The notes below the pieces were generated by a model. It worked only from the letters and a program-made list of their open reading frames with translations, had not been told where the DNA came from and did not search any database. From contig OX597821.1 in the NCBI GenBank assembly GCA_951406725.2, positions 65,720,001-65,784,000 of the forward strand: 64,000 bases of DNA. The letters run 5' to 3'. The position numbers and the translations under genes are program-made. This DNA comes from Octopus vulgaris (Eukaryota). Below, one piece after another: positions 37,796-50,794 of the stretch. Position 1 is the stretch's first letter, and each line of letters opens with the position of its first letter.

Positions 37796-38237
37796 AATGC
37801 TGTTGCTCTCCCCAGACAGGCATAGTTGTGTGGTTAAGAAGTTTTGTTTCCCAAAATTTGGTTTTTGGTTCAGTCCCAATGTGTGGCACCTTGGATGAGT
37901 GTTGTCTATAATAGCCCCAGGATGACCAAAATTTTGTAAATGGATTTAGCAAACAGAAACTGGAAAAAGTCTGTTGTATACATGTATGTGTGTATGTGAA
38001 TAGAGGGGTATGGGTATGGAGATGTGTTTTATTATTTTTTTTTGTTCTTGTTTCCTTGTCTTGAGATGAAGTAATAGTTCTTTTCTACTCTAGGCACAAG
38101 GCCTGAAATTTTGGGGAAGGAGACATTTGATTAGATTGACCCCAGTATGCAACTGGTACTCAATTTATCGGCCCCAAAAGGGTGAAAGGCAAAATGTAAA
38201 GACAGACAAAATACTGCTGGTATTGTGAACGTTTCTC

Positions 38238-38460
38238 ATTTCTTTATTGCCCACAAGGGGCTAAACATAGAGGGAACAAACAAGGACAGACAAAAGGATT
38301 AAGTTGATTATAGCAACCCCAGTGCGTAACTGGTACTTAATTTATCGACCTCGAAAGGATTAAAGGCAAAGTCAACCTTGGCAGAATTTAAACTCAGAAC
38401 GTAGCTGCAGACAAAAGCATTACGCTCGGCGTGCTAACGTTTCTGCCAGCTCGCCACCTT
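38238..38460 (-). mobile_element. SINE family C
   Basis: Reverse complement matches 28728-28961. Confidence 0.8.
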
Positions 38461-38721
38461 TCATGAAGCAGTAATTGTAAAGGAGCATTTTATCATACAG
38501 GCATTGGTCCTTCATTTAAGTTCATCCATGAAAACATGTCCAAATATGGGGAAATCACCTTACTTGTAAAGAAGTGAGGGCTAGTAACAGGAAGGCCACA
38601 TGGCCATAGAATATCTGCCCCAATAGATTTCATCTGACTAATGCAAGCATGAAAAAGTGGTCAGAAAAATAATGGTGAGTATGATGATATTGATCACTAA
38701 AGTTAGATTCATCATCAAGAT

Positions 38722-38990
38722 CTCTTAACTGATGCAGCAAGTCTTTGGGGTGTCACCCGAGATGCTTTTTGCAATAAGCTGTCACCACTAGTTTCTGTTC
38801 TCTGTCATGCTTTGCAGGGTTGCAGTATAGTGACCATTTCAGTCCTTCATGTTGTCAAACCAAGATTTTCTCTGTCTGCCTCTCTGGTGCCCTTCAACTA
38901 CGCCCTGAATGATGGTTTTTGGATAGGGAGTTGTGACAGGTTATGGGGACTGCACCATACAAGCTTACATCTTTTTACCTGCACAGGGGG
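38722..38990 (-). mobile_element. RTE-clade LINE 3' fragment (decayed)
   Basis: Frameshifted translation KRCKLVW...HNSLSKTIIQGVVEGHQRGRQRKSWFDNMK, typical of the RTE ORF2 C-terminus. Confidence 0.75.
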
Positions 38991-39227
38991 TGCAGTGTAT
39001 TTGTTTACTTGGCACACAAGAACTTTCATTAAATTATAAGTATGATCCACCCAACAAGGTTCTTCAACACAGTTTCCATCTAACTTGTTTCCCCTCACAC
39101 GGCACGGGTCAATCTGAGGATACAGAAAATTACAGTTACCCTAAGCTGCCTTACAGTGAGATTGAACCAAGAACTTCATGGTTGTAAGGCAAAATACCTT
39201 AATCTTTCAGCCATACTACACCAATCG

Positions 39228-39436
39228 TATGAAGGGTACTGTAAAGTTCTTAGCTTCGGGTAAACGAAAATACAGGAGGATCAGTTAATTATGACTTTAT
39301 TCAGCAAACTTCCCTTTCAAATTCAAACACTTGTTGTAGCAGACCTTCAGATTTTCAAAGTCCTTGGAAGGTTAGGTCTCCAACCAGGCCTTTCATGATG
39401 CCCTTAAAATCAGAATCTTTTCAGCATCCCCTCATA
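39228..39436 (-). mobile_element. Mariner MITE, second copy
   Basis: Reverse-complement homolog of 56906-57127; a partial third copy is at 6290-6405. Confidence 0.72.
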
Positions 39437-39766
39437 TGTGTGTGTGTGTGTGTATTTTCTTTAATCTTTTATCATTTATTTGTTTCAGTTATTGAACTGT
39501 GGTCATGCTGGAGTACTGTCTTGAAGGATTTAGTGAAACAAATAAACCCCAGTACTAATTTTTTTTTATTAAGACTGGTAGTTATTCTGTCAGTGTCTTT
39601 TGTCGAACCACTAGGTTATGGGGATATAAACACACCAACACTAGTTGCCAAGTGCTGTGAGGAGACAAATACTAAGACACACATATCTACATAGATATAT
39701 ACATATCTACATATATTCGACCAAGTGTGCTACCGTTACACCAACGCACAAACCTACATATATATA

Positions 39767-39814
<48 letters not shown>

Positions 39815-39819
39815 TATAC

Positions 39820-40083
39820 ACGCAGAGTATGCATGCAGCAAGTTTAGATGGGCAGGACACGTCGCCAGGCTCACCGATAATCAGTGGACCCGCACAGTTG
39901 TCGAGTGGTCCCCGCGTGAGCGGAAACGACCACCCAGAAGACCACCATGACTGTGGAGTTACGATTTCAGGAGGATGATTGGGATTACGTGGATGAGAAA
40001 GGTGCAATCCAGAGAGGAGTGGACAGCATGCTGTGACCAGCAGTGTCAAATGGACACCTGACGGACTGGTCGGTCAAGGTGAT
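39820..40083 (+). mobile_element. RTE-clade LINE 3' end
   Basis: KFRWAGHVARLTDNQWTRTVVEWSPRERKRPPRRPP motif. Confidence 0.85.
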
Positions 40084-40102
40084 AAATATACATATATATA
40101 TA

Positions 40103-40481
40103 TAGGAGTGGGTGTGTGGTAAGTAGCTTGCTTATGAACCACATGGTTCTGGGTTCAGTCCCACTGCGTGGCACCTTGGGCAAGTGTCTTCTACAATAGC
40201 CTTGGGCCGACCAAAGCCCTGTGGGTGGATTTGGTTGACGGAAACTGAAAGAAGCCTGTTGTATATATGTATATATATATGTGTGTGTTTGTCCCCACAA
40301 CATTGCTTGACAACCAATGGTGGTGTGTTTACGTCCCTGTAACTTAGTGGTTCAGCAAAAGAGACCGATAGAATAAGTAAGTGCTAGGCTTACAAAGAAT
40401 AAGTCCTAGGGTCGATTTGCTTGAGTAAAGGCGGTGCTCCAGCATGGCCACAGTCACATGACTGAAACAAGTAAAAGAGTA
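40103..40481 (+). mobile_element. SINE family A, full length
   Basis: A and B boxes, body and tail. Confidence 0.85.
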
Positions 40482-41099
40482 TATATATATGTGTGTGTAT
40501 GTGTGTGTGTGTATGTGTGTGCAACACAAAAGCACCCATGTGGAGCGGTGTAAAAGTGCCTGTGTGGTGCCACATAAAAGCACCCAATACACTCTGTTAA
40601 GGGGTTGGAATTAGGAAGGGCTTCTAGCCATAGAAACCATTCCACATCAGACTGGAATCTGGTGCAGCATCCCACCCCCCTTGCCAGCACTTGTTAAACT
40701 GTCCAACCTATGCTGGCATGGACAATGGATGTTAAATGAAGATGAAGATGATGATGAAGATGATGATGATGATATATACATACATACTTATATGTGAAAT
40801 ATACACTTATGGTAATTAACTAAATAATGGTACATGCTACTAAAGCATATTCACTCAGGGTCCGCAGTAGTAGTTCTTCATTACATACACAGGCACGAAT
40901 TACACACACATATATATATGTATATACATACATAACACATAAACACACACACACACACATACATATATACACACACATACTTATGAGCATATGAATGTCT
41001 GTGTGTGTACATATATGCATATATATATAATTAATATTTATATATATATATATATATACACACACATTTATTTGAATGCATACGTGTATGGGCACACAA

Positions 41100-41144
<45 letters not shown>

Positions 41145-41484
41145 AACACACACTTTTATAGACACAAACATTCTTATCCCAGAAGTATATTAAATTTAAT
41201 ACATCTCTATGTATTATGGAGTATTACAAACCCCATCTCTAAAGTTTCACTGCTTTGACAATGGACAAGACCGCCAGCCTTTTCTGTTCGTCTTATGCAT
41301 GTGATTTGATGAATAACAGTTGATGTCATGGGCCATGTGAGCGCCTTGTGATGTCAGCTGTTGTTAAACACTTTTATCTGTTAATATTCTATTCAATGAA
41401 ATACTCGGTGCAGTCTTTTACCTAAAGCTGGCAGCATGAAACACTTAAAGATGGGCTTGCAATTCTCTTTGCTCTCTGTGAGCA

Positions 41485-41516
<32 letters not shown>

Positions 41517-41922
41517 CATGCATGTATAAATATACATGTATATATGTGAGTGCATATATATATATATGTATAACTATGTGCATGTGTGTGTATACATATA
41601 CATATAGCTATGCATATATATATACATATATCAATGTATACACCCATGCTAGCATGGAAAGCGGACGTTGAACGATGATGATGATGATGATGATGATGAT
41701 GATACATGTATACATATACCTAGGTATATATATGTATACATATATCTATGTGTATATATGTGTGTTTGTGTGTGTGTGTGTGTATGTGTGTGTGTGAATG
41801 AATATATCTATATCTATGTATGTATATATCTATATTTATGTATGTATAGATCTATATGTGTGTGTGTGTAGAAATATATTATATACCTATATATATAGAA
41901 ATATATTAATATATACATATAA

Positions 41923-42007
<85 letters not shown>

Positions 42008-42445
42008 CATATTTATATATATATATACATATATTTATATATATATATACACATATACATACACACATATACATGTGTGTATACATATATATATATATTT
42101 ATGTGTGTGAGCGTGTTCTTTAGTTCTTTAATTTGTTTACAACATCATGAAGGTCATACTGGAGCCTCAACTTAATACATATATTGTATCTACTGTGTGT
42201 TTGTGTGTGCATGCATGTGTGTGTACATGTGTGCATGTGTGTATGTATGACAGAGAATGCATTCAAATGATGTAGATATTCTATAAAAGAGGAAAAGAGC
42301 ATTGAATACCTGTTGCTGAGATTATTTATTTATTTATTTAAACTGAATTCCTTTGTGATGAGGCGATGCAATGTTCACACCTGCATCTCATAATGACAGG
42401 TAAACTCATGCCACAAAATAAAGACATTTAATTTAGATAAATGTT

Positions 42446-42476
<31 letters not shown>

Positions 42477-43320
42477 CCCCTAACACCACCACCACCGTTG
42501 TCATTGTCATCATCATTGAACATTATCATCGTTACTTTAGATCTAGGGTGCAGGCATGGCCATGTGGTTAAGAAGCTTATTTTGCCATGATGTGCTCTGA
42601 GTTTGGGGTTCAGTCCCACTGTGCAGCACCGTGGGCAGATGGTCTTCTACTACAGTCCTGCACTGGTCGTAGATCAGTGACTGAAGTAAGTGAATGATAA
42701 AAGAAAAAAATCTGTTTTCCATTCTAGGACGAGTTTGATGGGTTGTAACATTCCAAGTCAGTTCTTAATCAGAATTACGACCCTACTACATGTGCTGGAA
42801 TCCAACATGTGTTTGAACCCTACATGAGTTGCAACACATTATGTTGCTTAAACATTCTATTTTATTTTCTGTAGTTAGATACCCTTCCTAAAATCAACCA
42901 CTTAAACGCGGTTATCCTTGGATACAGGCTTGTCACTTTTATCCCTCACCAGCTGAGCATTCCTAATCTTACTGGCACGTGGATGCTGGTGCCATGTAGT
43001 AAAAGCATCCAAACTTGTACCACGTAAATGCAGCCGTGCCAGTGCTGCATAAAAGCACCCAGTACATTCTGTAAAGTGGTTGGCATTAGGAAGGGCATAT
43101 AGCCATAGAAACCATGCTAAAACAGGCTTGGAGCCATGGCAGATCTTCAGCTGTCCAGCTCCTGTGAAACCATCCAACCCATGCCAGCATGGAAAATGGA
43201 CATTAAATAATGCTGCTGATGCTGACACTAGTGATGTTGTTACAACCTGAAGCAGATTAAAAGATCCTCTTTGCCCTCAGTTTCTTTACTACTAACTTCA
43301 TTGTGTACCCTGGGTTCATT

Positions 43321-43678
43321 TTAACCCCTTACCTAGCTAAGACGAGTAACTTGCCTTCACTTAATTTGTCTTTTTCAGTGTGTGACAAGTAAACTCGTCC
43401 AAAACATATACTTTCAAAAACAGCCACAGATGAATTTATATGTCAATTCTCGCCATTTCTCGGTTTTTATCTGTTTTTTTTTTTTTCCAAATCCTTCCCA
43501 GATACCGAGCTCAGAAGATGACAATTCATGTGACCCTTCTATTAGAAGCTTGGAATACATCAGATGAGAGTGCAAGCTTGTCTGATAAAAAAAAATTAGT
43601 CCAAAAAGGAAATATTTTCTCCAAAAAAAGTTGCCGAAGAAGGGGTTATTGGCGATACTAGCTCAAGTAAGGTTACCA
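43321..43678 (+). mobile_element. Decayed piggyBac-like relic
   Basis: Starts TTAACCCCTTACCTAGC and ends CTAGCTCAAGTAAGGTTA (degenerate TIR). Contains an acidic PSSEDDNSCDPS segment like a piggyBac transposase N-terminus. Confidence 0.45.
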
Positions 43679-43971
43679 TGTACTTCAATGTTTTTGAGTA
43701 CCAACCTTTCTATGATGTATGTATTCATCGAAGGCAACATTCCCCGGAAGGTAGGTAGAAGACTGAATGAGAGAACATGAGATGGGGAGGCGAGAAAAGT
43801 AAGTGTATGAAAGGATAAACAGAATAGGAGGGGGGAGGGAGGAGGTAATGGAAGAGAGGGAGAGAGAGTAATGGCAGGATATGAAATGTATGGGTGACAC
43901 TAATGACATGATGGTAACAGAGGGCGGTGGATGGCTGGCTGCACAAAATAGGTGATGGAAAGAGAGTATTG

Positions 43972-44382
43972 GTTCTTTTATTCTTTTACTTGTTTCAGTC
44001 ATTTGACTGCGGCCATGCTGCAGCACCGCCTTTTAGCAAATCAACCCCAGGACTTAGTCTTTGTAAGCCTAGTACTTATTCTATCGGTCTCTTTTGCCGA
44101 ACCGCTAAGTAACGGGAACGTAAACACACCAGCATCGGTTGATGAGTGATGTTGGGGGGACAAGCACAGACACGCAAACATCCACATGCATACATATACA
44201 TATATATATATACATACATGAGGGGCTTCTTTCAGTTTCCGTCTACCAAATCCACTCACAAGGCTTTGGTTGGCCCAAGGCTAAAGTAGAAGACAGTTGC
44301 CCAAGGTGCCACACAGTGGGACTGATCCCGGAACCATGTGGTTGGTAAGCAAGCTACTTACCACACAGCTACTCCTGTACCT
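43972..44382 (-). mobile_element. SINE family A, full length
   Basis: Matches the other copies. Confidence 0.85.
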
Positions 44383-44598
44383 GGTTACACAGACAATCTG
44401 ATTATCTTTATCATCTGGTCGAGCTTGCACGAGCATTTTTAACTTGCACACACACCATCCATCTCGGTCCTGTGTTAGTTGAGGTGTGTGTGTGTGTGTG
44501 TCTTTGAGGAGACATCCAATGTCTCAAGAAAGTTGATCTTAATACATTTTATGCTACTGAATGCTTTTGTTTTAGCCATGACAGGCAAGAAGAGGTAT

Positions 44599-44867
44599 CA
44601 TGGGCCTGGGAATATTGGGTGCAGGAGATGCACTCACACCTCCTAAAATTCTTGTGGTGTGCAAAATCAAAATATGCACCCCTACTTTGCACTTCTACTT
44701 TAAAAAATGGTGAGTAAAAAAAACGATCTGTAAAAAGTATCTTGAATTAGTTCTCTTCTCAAAGAACAAAGAACATAAATAAATAAAACAAAAGACATGA
44801 CCTTCTTTGTAAAAATTTGAGGGCCTGGGTTTGCACCCCCTAAGCAAATTTCATTCCCAAGCCAGTG
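44599..44867. mobile_element. hAT-like MITE
   Basis: TIRs CATGGGCCTGGGAAT / ATTCCCAAGCCAGTG, subterminal GCACCCC repeats, flanking direct repeat AAGAGGT. Confidence 0.65.
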
Positions 44868-46439
44868 AAGAGGTTGCAAGCCTTCAGCTCAATACTGCTC
44901 CATTTCTTGAAGCAGGGAAGTGACAGATTTAGAAACTCAAGTCTTTATTTTACTGACCCTGGATGGAAAGAAACAGAAGCTGACCTCACCAGGTTTGAAC
45001 TTGGAATGCAAAGAGCTGAAAGAATTGCTCGAAAGCATTTGGACACTACTGTAACACTACTCTAACATCTGTGCCAAAATTGACCACCTACCATCAGTAT
45101 TAGTGGTGGTGGTGGTGGCAGTAGTGGTAGTAGGAGTGGTGGTGGTAGTAGTAGTAATAAATAAAGTCTGTAATAATAGTTACAGATAGAAAAGAAAACT
45201 CATTTATTTTCATTAAATATAATAAGGTAAATATATAAAACAAAATAACATTAAAAAAAACATTCCAGCAGCTTTCCTCTGGCTACCTCCTCCAAGAAAA
45301 AAAAAACTGTAAAACAAATGCAATAAAAACAAAAAAACAAAACAAACACTTCCAAACCCTTAGACCAATCAACAACAACAACTACAACAACACCAGCAGC
45401 ATCAGATCACTGCTGTGTTAGCTATATACCTAGGTACAGTCCATTAATTTTCTCTCCAACACAACATTACTTTAATCTGTATGTTAATTGACTTTTCCTT
45501 GACAGGTAAATAAACACCATCTCCAAAGATTTATAGATTTTAGGTGAAAAATAAACTGCATCAAGATTTGGCAACCATTTATTTTATAACTTTATTTGTT
45601 CATTTATTTATTTATGCATTTATATTAGATGTTTGGTGGTTCAATGTTTAAAGTACCCCCTATGTTGCCGCTAGGTACAGATATATTTGCTTTTAAAACC
45701 CTTTCAATTTCAACTCTATACGAAGCTGTGTTTTGTTTCCTATGAAGCAAGAGTCCTTCCATATTAGTTTCCAGGTGTTTATATTTCAATTAAAATGTTC
45801 TGTCATAATTGATATCGAAAGACCCATTTTGTTAATGTACATTCTGAATACCCACTGTTTAATTTACTGATTAAGTCAACAACAATTTATAAAGGGTGCC
45901 CTCTACATGGTTGAACAGTTAAAGTATGTTTTGAGTTTAGAGATCAATTAAGCTGGAGCATGTTCTGGTTTCTGAGGAATTGCAGTCAGTTTTCCTTGAG
46001 CCTTACAGTTAAGTATAAAATGCCAGTTTATCATAGGATTGACCCCAAGCTAACACTGGTATACATTTTTTCAGCTGAGTGATCTGAAGCAATGTCAGAT
46101 GAAGTGCCTTGCCCAAGAACACAGCACACTGGTTTGTGAGAAGGCACAACCTTGCAGTCATGAGCTCACACTTAGACCTAGTGGAGGCATGTGGCTTAAT
46201 GGTTAGGGTGTTGGATTCATGATCGTAAGGTTGTGGTTTCAATTCCTGAACTGGGTGATGTGTCGTGTTCTTGAGCAAAATACTCCATTTCACATTGCTC
46301 CAATCAACTGGCAAAAGTGAGTCACCCTATAAGGGACCAACGTCCCATCCAGGTGGAGAATTTATATGCTATGAAACTGGGAAACCAACCCTTATGAAAC
46401 AGCATAACTCAAGAAGGTAACTTTACTTTTTTTTAACCC

Positions 46440-46930
46440 TGGCATCAATCACATTCAGATAGTGCTTTTTATGTGCCGCTTGCATGGGAGCCAGTCAGGG
46501 GTGTATTGGCATTGATGCCGATGCCAGAACCCCCTACTGGCTCCCATGCTGATGGCACATAAAAGGCACTATCTGAATGTGATCAATGCCAGGCCTGCCT
46601 GACTGGTGCCCATGCCGGTGGCACATAAAAGCATCATCCAAATATGGCCAATGCCAGTACCCCCTGACTGGCTCCCATGCCAGCGGTATGTAAAAAGCAC
46701 TATCTGAACATGATCGCTACCAGGCCTGCCTGACTGGCTCCTGAGCCAGTGACATGTAAAAAGCACTCACTACATTCTCAGAGTGGTTGGCGTTAGGAAG
46801 GGCATCCAGCTGTAGAAATATTGCAAGATCAGATTGGAGCCTGGTGCTGCGGCTGACTCTCCAGAACTCAGTCAAACTGTCCGACCCATGGTAGCATGGA
46901 AAACGGATGTTAAACAATGATGATGATGAC
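46440..46930 (+). mobile_element. Retroposon family B with internal ~60-bp tandem repeats
   Basis: Repeated CTGACTGGCTCCCATGCC.GTGGCACATAAAAGCAC units precede the B-family body and (GAT)n tail. Confidence 0.8.
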
Positions 46931-47160
46931 ACTTAGACCTCTAGTGTACTTGTCATCTCACATGGTTGAATGACCTACTAGAAATAGCAAGTCATTAAAA
47001 CCATGCACACAAGTCTTTAAAATCAAAAACAAAAACAGAACCTGTTGTACTTTGAGAGGGTCATTACACAAATAATAGACACATGTACTGTTCTATTTCA
47101 TTTCTCTTTTTATTACTAGTCAACTGATTCATGAATCAATTATTTGATTAGTTAACTCTA

Positions 47161-47448
47161 TTTACTCTTTTACTAGTTTCAGTCATTTGACTGTTGTCAT
47201 GCTGAAGTACCACCTTTAGTCGAGCAAATCAATCCCAGGACTTATTCTTTGTAAGCCTAGTACTTATTCTATTGGTCACTTTAGCCGAACCGCTAAGTTA
47301 CAGGGACATAAACACACTAGCATTGGTTGTCAAGCAATGTTGGGGGGACAAACACAGACACAGAAACATATACACACACACACATTTATATATATATAAA
47401 ACCCATGCTAGTATGGGAAACGGACATTAAACAATGATGAACATGATG

Positions 47449-47480
<32 letters not shown>

Positions 47481-47672
47481 CAGCCTCCTTATATATACAC
47501 ACATATATACGATGGGCTTCTTTCAGTTTTTGTCTACCGAATCCACTCACAAGGCTTTGATTGGCCTGAGGCCATAGTAGAAGACACTTGCCCAAGGTGC
47601 CACGCAGTGGGACGGAACCTGGAACCATGTGGTTGGTAAGTAAGCTACTTACCACACAGCCACTCCTGCACC
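47161..47672 (-). mobile_element. SINE family A with a family-B tail inserted in its microsatellite
   Basis: Matches the other copies; a B-family fragment sits at about 47400-47450. Confidence 0.8.
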
Positions 47673-47714
47673 TAACTGGTTAAATGGTTAACTAATTGAG
47701 TAGTAATAATGCAA

Positions 47715-48048
47715 AGTGAAGGCACATAGCTTAGTGGTTAAAGTGTTCTGCTCACAGATGTAAGGTTTTGAGTTTGATACCTGGTGGTGCAGTGTGTTCT
47801 TGAGCAAGACACTTTATTTCTTGTTGCTCCAGTCCAATCAACTGGCAAAATTGAGTAGTACTTATAATTCTGTAATTCAAAGGGCCAGCTTTGTCATATT
47901 CTATGTCACACTGAATCTCCCTGAGAATTATGTTAAATGCACACGTGTCTGTGGAACACTCAGCCACTTGCACTTTAATTTCATGAGAAGGTCGTTCCAT
48001 TGATCAAATCAACTCGAGCACTTGTCGTGGTAACCGACAGAGTGCCAG
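47715..48048 (+). mobile_element. SINE family D, full length
   Basis: Matches 3965-4280. Confidence 0.8.
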
Positions 48049-49328
48049 TTAACAAAAAGTGAAATGTCTATGTTAATTACTGGCATAATGACCCTCCCAA
48101 AGTACAACAAATTCCCATTTTAACACACATGTTCACACCAAGAATCTTGCAAAACAAATACAAAAGCAGAGCAGATTGGATAATGAAATCTGAAATAAAT
48201 TCTCTCATAAAGACAGAATCTATATGGAGGGAATGTGTTTGATAAGAAAGAAAAATTTTGCTGGATGAGGGCTTACTATTTTTATGGAAGAGTCTGGGGT
48301 AAAAAAAAACTGTAGACAGCCTTTGAAGGCCTCCAAGGTAGGATTGAGGCTGTTTATGTTCTTGAATAAATCATAAATTAACGACTACAAAGAACACATG
48401 GTCAGATGGAATTTCAAAGGAGCTCTAGGAAGAAAAAACATGTTAGAATAACCCTAGAGTAAGGAGGAATTTAGACAAAGTATGGGTGGAAGAGGCTACA
48501 AAGACTATGCCTTAAAAACAGATGGGATGGCCATTGCTTAAATGCCTTTGATTATAGGTCAGCTCAATCAGGACTGACCTGGGGTTAAATACCAACAAAA
48601 ATGACCAAGTTAATTTCCTAGCAAACTGTTCCAAATTGTCATCGTGTCCAGTAGCAAACAGGAAGAAATAAAATTTACTCAAATTCCTTAATATTTCCAG
48701 CAGGATTTTTAACTGATTGTAATTTTTTCACTTATTAAGAATAGAGAAGAATTTGGAGGGATTTGATAAACTATCTTTTCATTATTAAACTGGTACTTTG
48801 AAACCTGGTAAAAAAGTTCAAACGGTTTTATAAGCAATTTTACAAGAGTATATTGCAAAATTTTGGGAGGGTCATACCACCAACAGAAGCACACAGACTG
48901 TTTGTATTTTACTTCACTTTTATTAGCAATTAATAATAAATAAATAAATTAATTAGTTACCTGATTAATTAGTTTGTCAAAGTCCTTGATTTGCAACCTA
49001 CAACCTTATCAACAATGATGACACTCTCTTACATTATCTTCACACTATCAAAAACTCCTTGTTTTTTAAACTTTGTTCTCTTACAAATTAAGATTTTTGG
49101 GTAGGTATGACCATTCCTAAAGCAAGATGTTCTTGTAGAACAAAACCAGACAAGATAAAATCAAAAGAGAGCTAAAATCTACAAGTCTCATTATATGAAA
49201 TATCTTTTTAATAATGATTTTATTGCATGCTGGAAAATATTTCTATGACTCTAAATTAACCATTTTTACAACAGTGTAAAGCAATTTTACAATACAGAGC
49301 CACTTAAAATTATGAAACAGCAACTTAC

Positions 49329-49493
49329 CATTCAACCACTTAGAGCTAGAGGGAGCTGTTTTCAAATAATCATATGCTAATTTACCATCTTTAGTATACA
49401 CACTTGGTCGATAAATTTGGGGTCTTGCCTTTGAAAAATCTGCAAATGTTCCTGAATAAATTGATACTAAGTCTTCTTCAGAAGTTTTACTGT
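49329..49493 (-). CDS. Sema2a: Semaphorin exon B: HSKTSEEDLVSIYSGTFADFSKARPQIYRP...LKTAPSSSKWLN
   Basis: Acceptor TTGCAG|AC, donor G|GTAAGT; 165 nt, phase 1 to 1. YSGT.ADF...IYR and SKWLN motifs. Confidence 0.93.
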
Positions 49494-49854
49494 CTGCAAG
49501 AGAAAAAAACACAAAATTGGTGAGAGAATGAAAATGGTTTTGATTGAGCAGGCGTTAAAATAGCAGCTGAGTTAAAGATATACTTTTATGTCGTTTTTTT
49601 AAATCAAAGAAGGTAGAAAACTCTCTAAAATTATATGACATTTGGTTGAGAAGGTTACTTTCTCATCACATGGTCTCAAGTTCAATCCCACTGTATGTCA
49701 CCTTGAGCAAGTGTCTTCTACAATAGATTGGGATCAACCAAAGAGTGGATTATGAGTAGATTTAGGAAATGGAAACTTAAAGAATCTTGTCATTCATTCA
49801 TACATACATACATATATATCTAAATGTGCGCTGCCTTGACTGGCGTCTGTGTTT

Positions 49855-50056
49855 GCCAGCCTGATCCGGTCCCTGTGCCAGTGGCACGTAAAAAGCACCC
49901 ACTACACACACAGAGTGGTTGGCGTTAGGAAAGGCATCCAGCTGTAGAAACACTGCCAGATCAGACTGGAGCCTGGTGCAGCCTCCTGGCTTCCCAGACC
50001 CTGTCGAACTGTCCAACCCATACTAGTATGGAAAACAGACGTTAAACGATGATGAT
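49855..50056 (+). mobile_element. Retroposon family B
   Basis: Same body and tail. Confidence 0.8.
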
Positions 50057-50652
50057 GTGTGTGTGTATGTGTGTGTGTTTGCATGTACCGTTGTCTTGAC
50101 AACATGTTATGCTTATTGAATGTCTGATATTCAATGACAAACATATCTGCCCATGGTAAATATTACTTTGCTTGGAAACAAGTGAGGGTTGGGGACATCA
50201 AAGGCACCCAGCTGTAGAAAATCTACCTCTACAATTTCTATCTGACCCATGAAAGCATGGAAAAATCAATACTAAATGATGATAATGATGAGAAGGAGGA
50301 TGATGATTAATACAAATTGCCAGAATAAATATTGGTTTCAAATTTCGGCACAAGGCCAGCAATTTTGGGTGGTGGTGGTGGGGGGGAAGTTGATTACATC
50401 AACCCCAGTGCTCAGCTGGTGCCTGCTTTATCAACTCTAAAAAGGATAAGATGAAAGGCAAAGTTGACTCCGGTGGAATTTGAACTCAGAACATAAAGCC
50501 CCAAAATATGCCAATAAGCATTCTGCAGGTGCAGTAACGATTCTGCCATCTCACCGCCTTGCACTGTACTTGTGTATTGGCACAAGGATAGCAATTTCAG
50601 GAGAGGTGATAGGTCGATTACATTGAGCCCAATGCTCAACTGGTACTTACTT

Positions 50653-50794
50653 TACATTATTTACATTTGACAGATATTTGTCCTCATCTTGTTTGTTGTT
50701 AACACAGCATTTCGGCTGATATACCCTCCAGCCGAAACGTTGTGTTAACAACAAATAAGATGAGGACAAATATCCGTCAAATGCAAATAATGTA
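50653..50794. repeat. 66-bp-arm palindrome (foldback) inserted in a family-C SINE
   Basis: Arms 50653-50718 and 50729-50794, 10-nt loop, about 5 mismatches. Flanking 12-bp direct repeat AACTGGTACTTA at 50638 and 50821. Confidence 0.9.

Noticed and set aside
46440-46790. Regularly spaced repeats resembling a CRISPR array
   Set aside because: The units are contiguous degenerate tandem repeats without unique spacers, there are no cas genes, and the context is eukaryotic.
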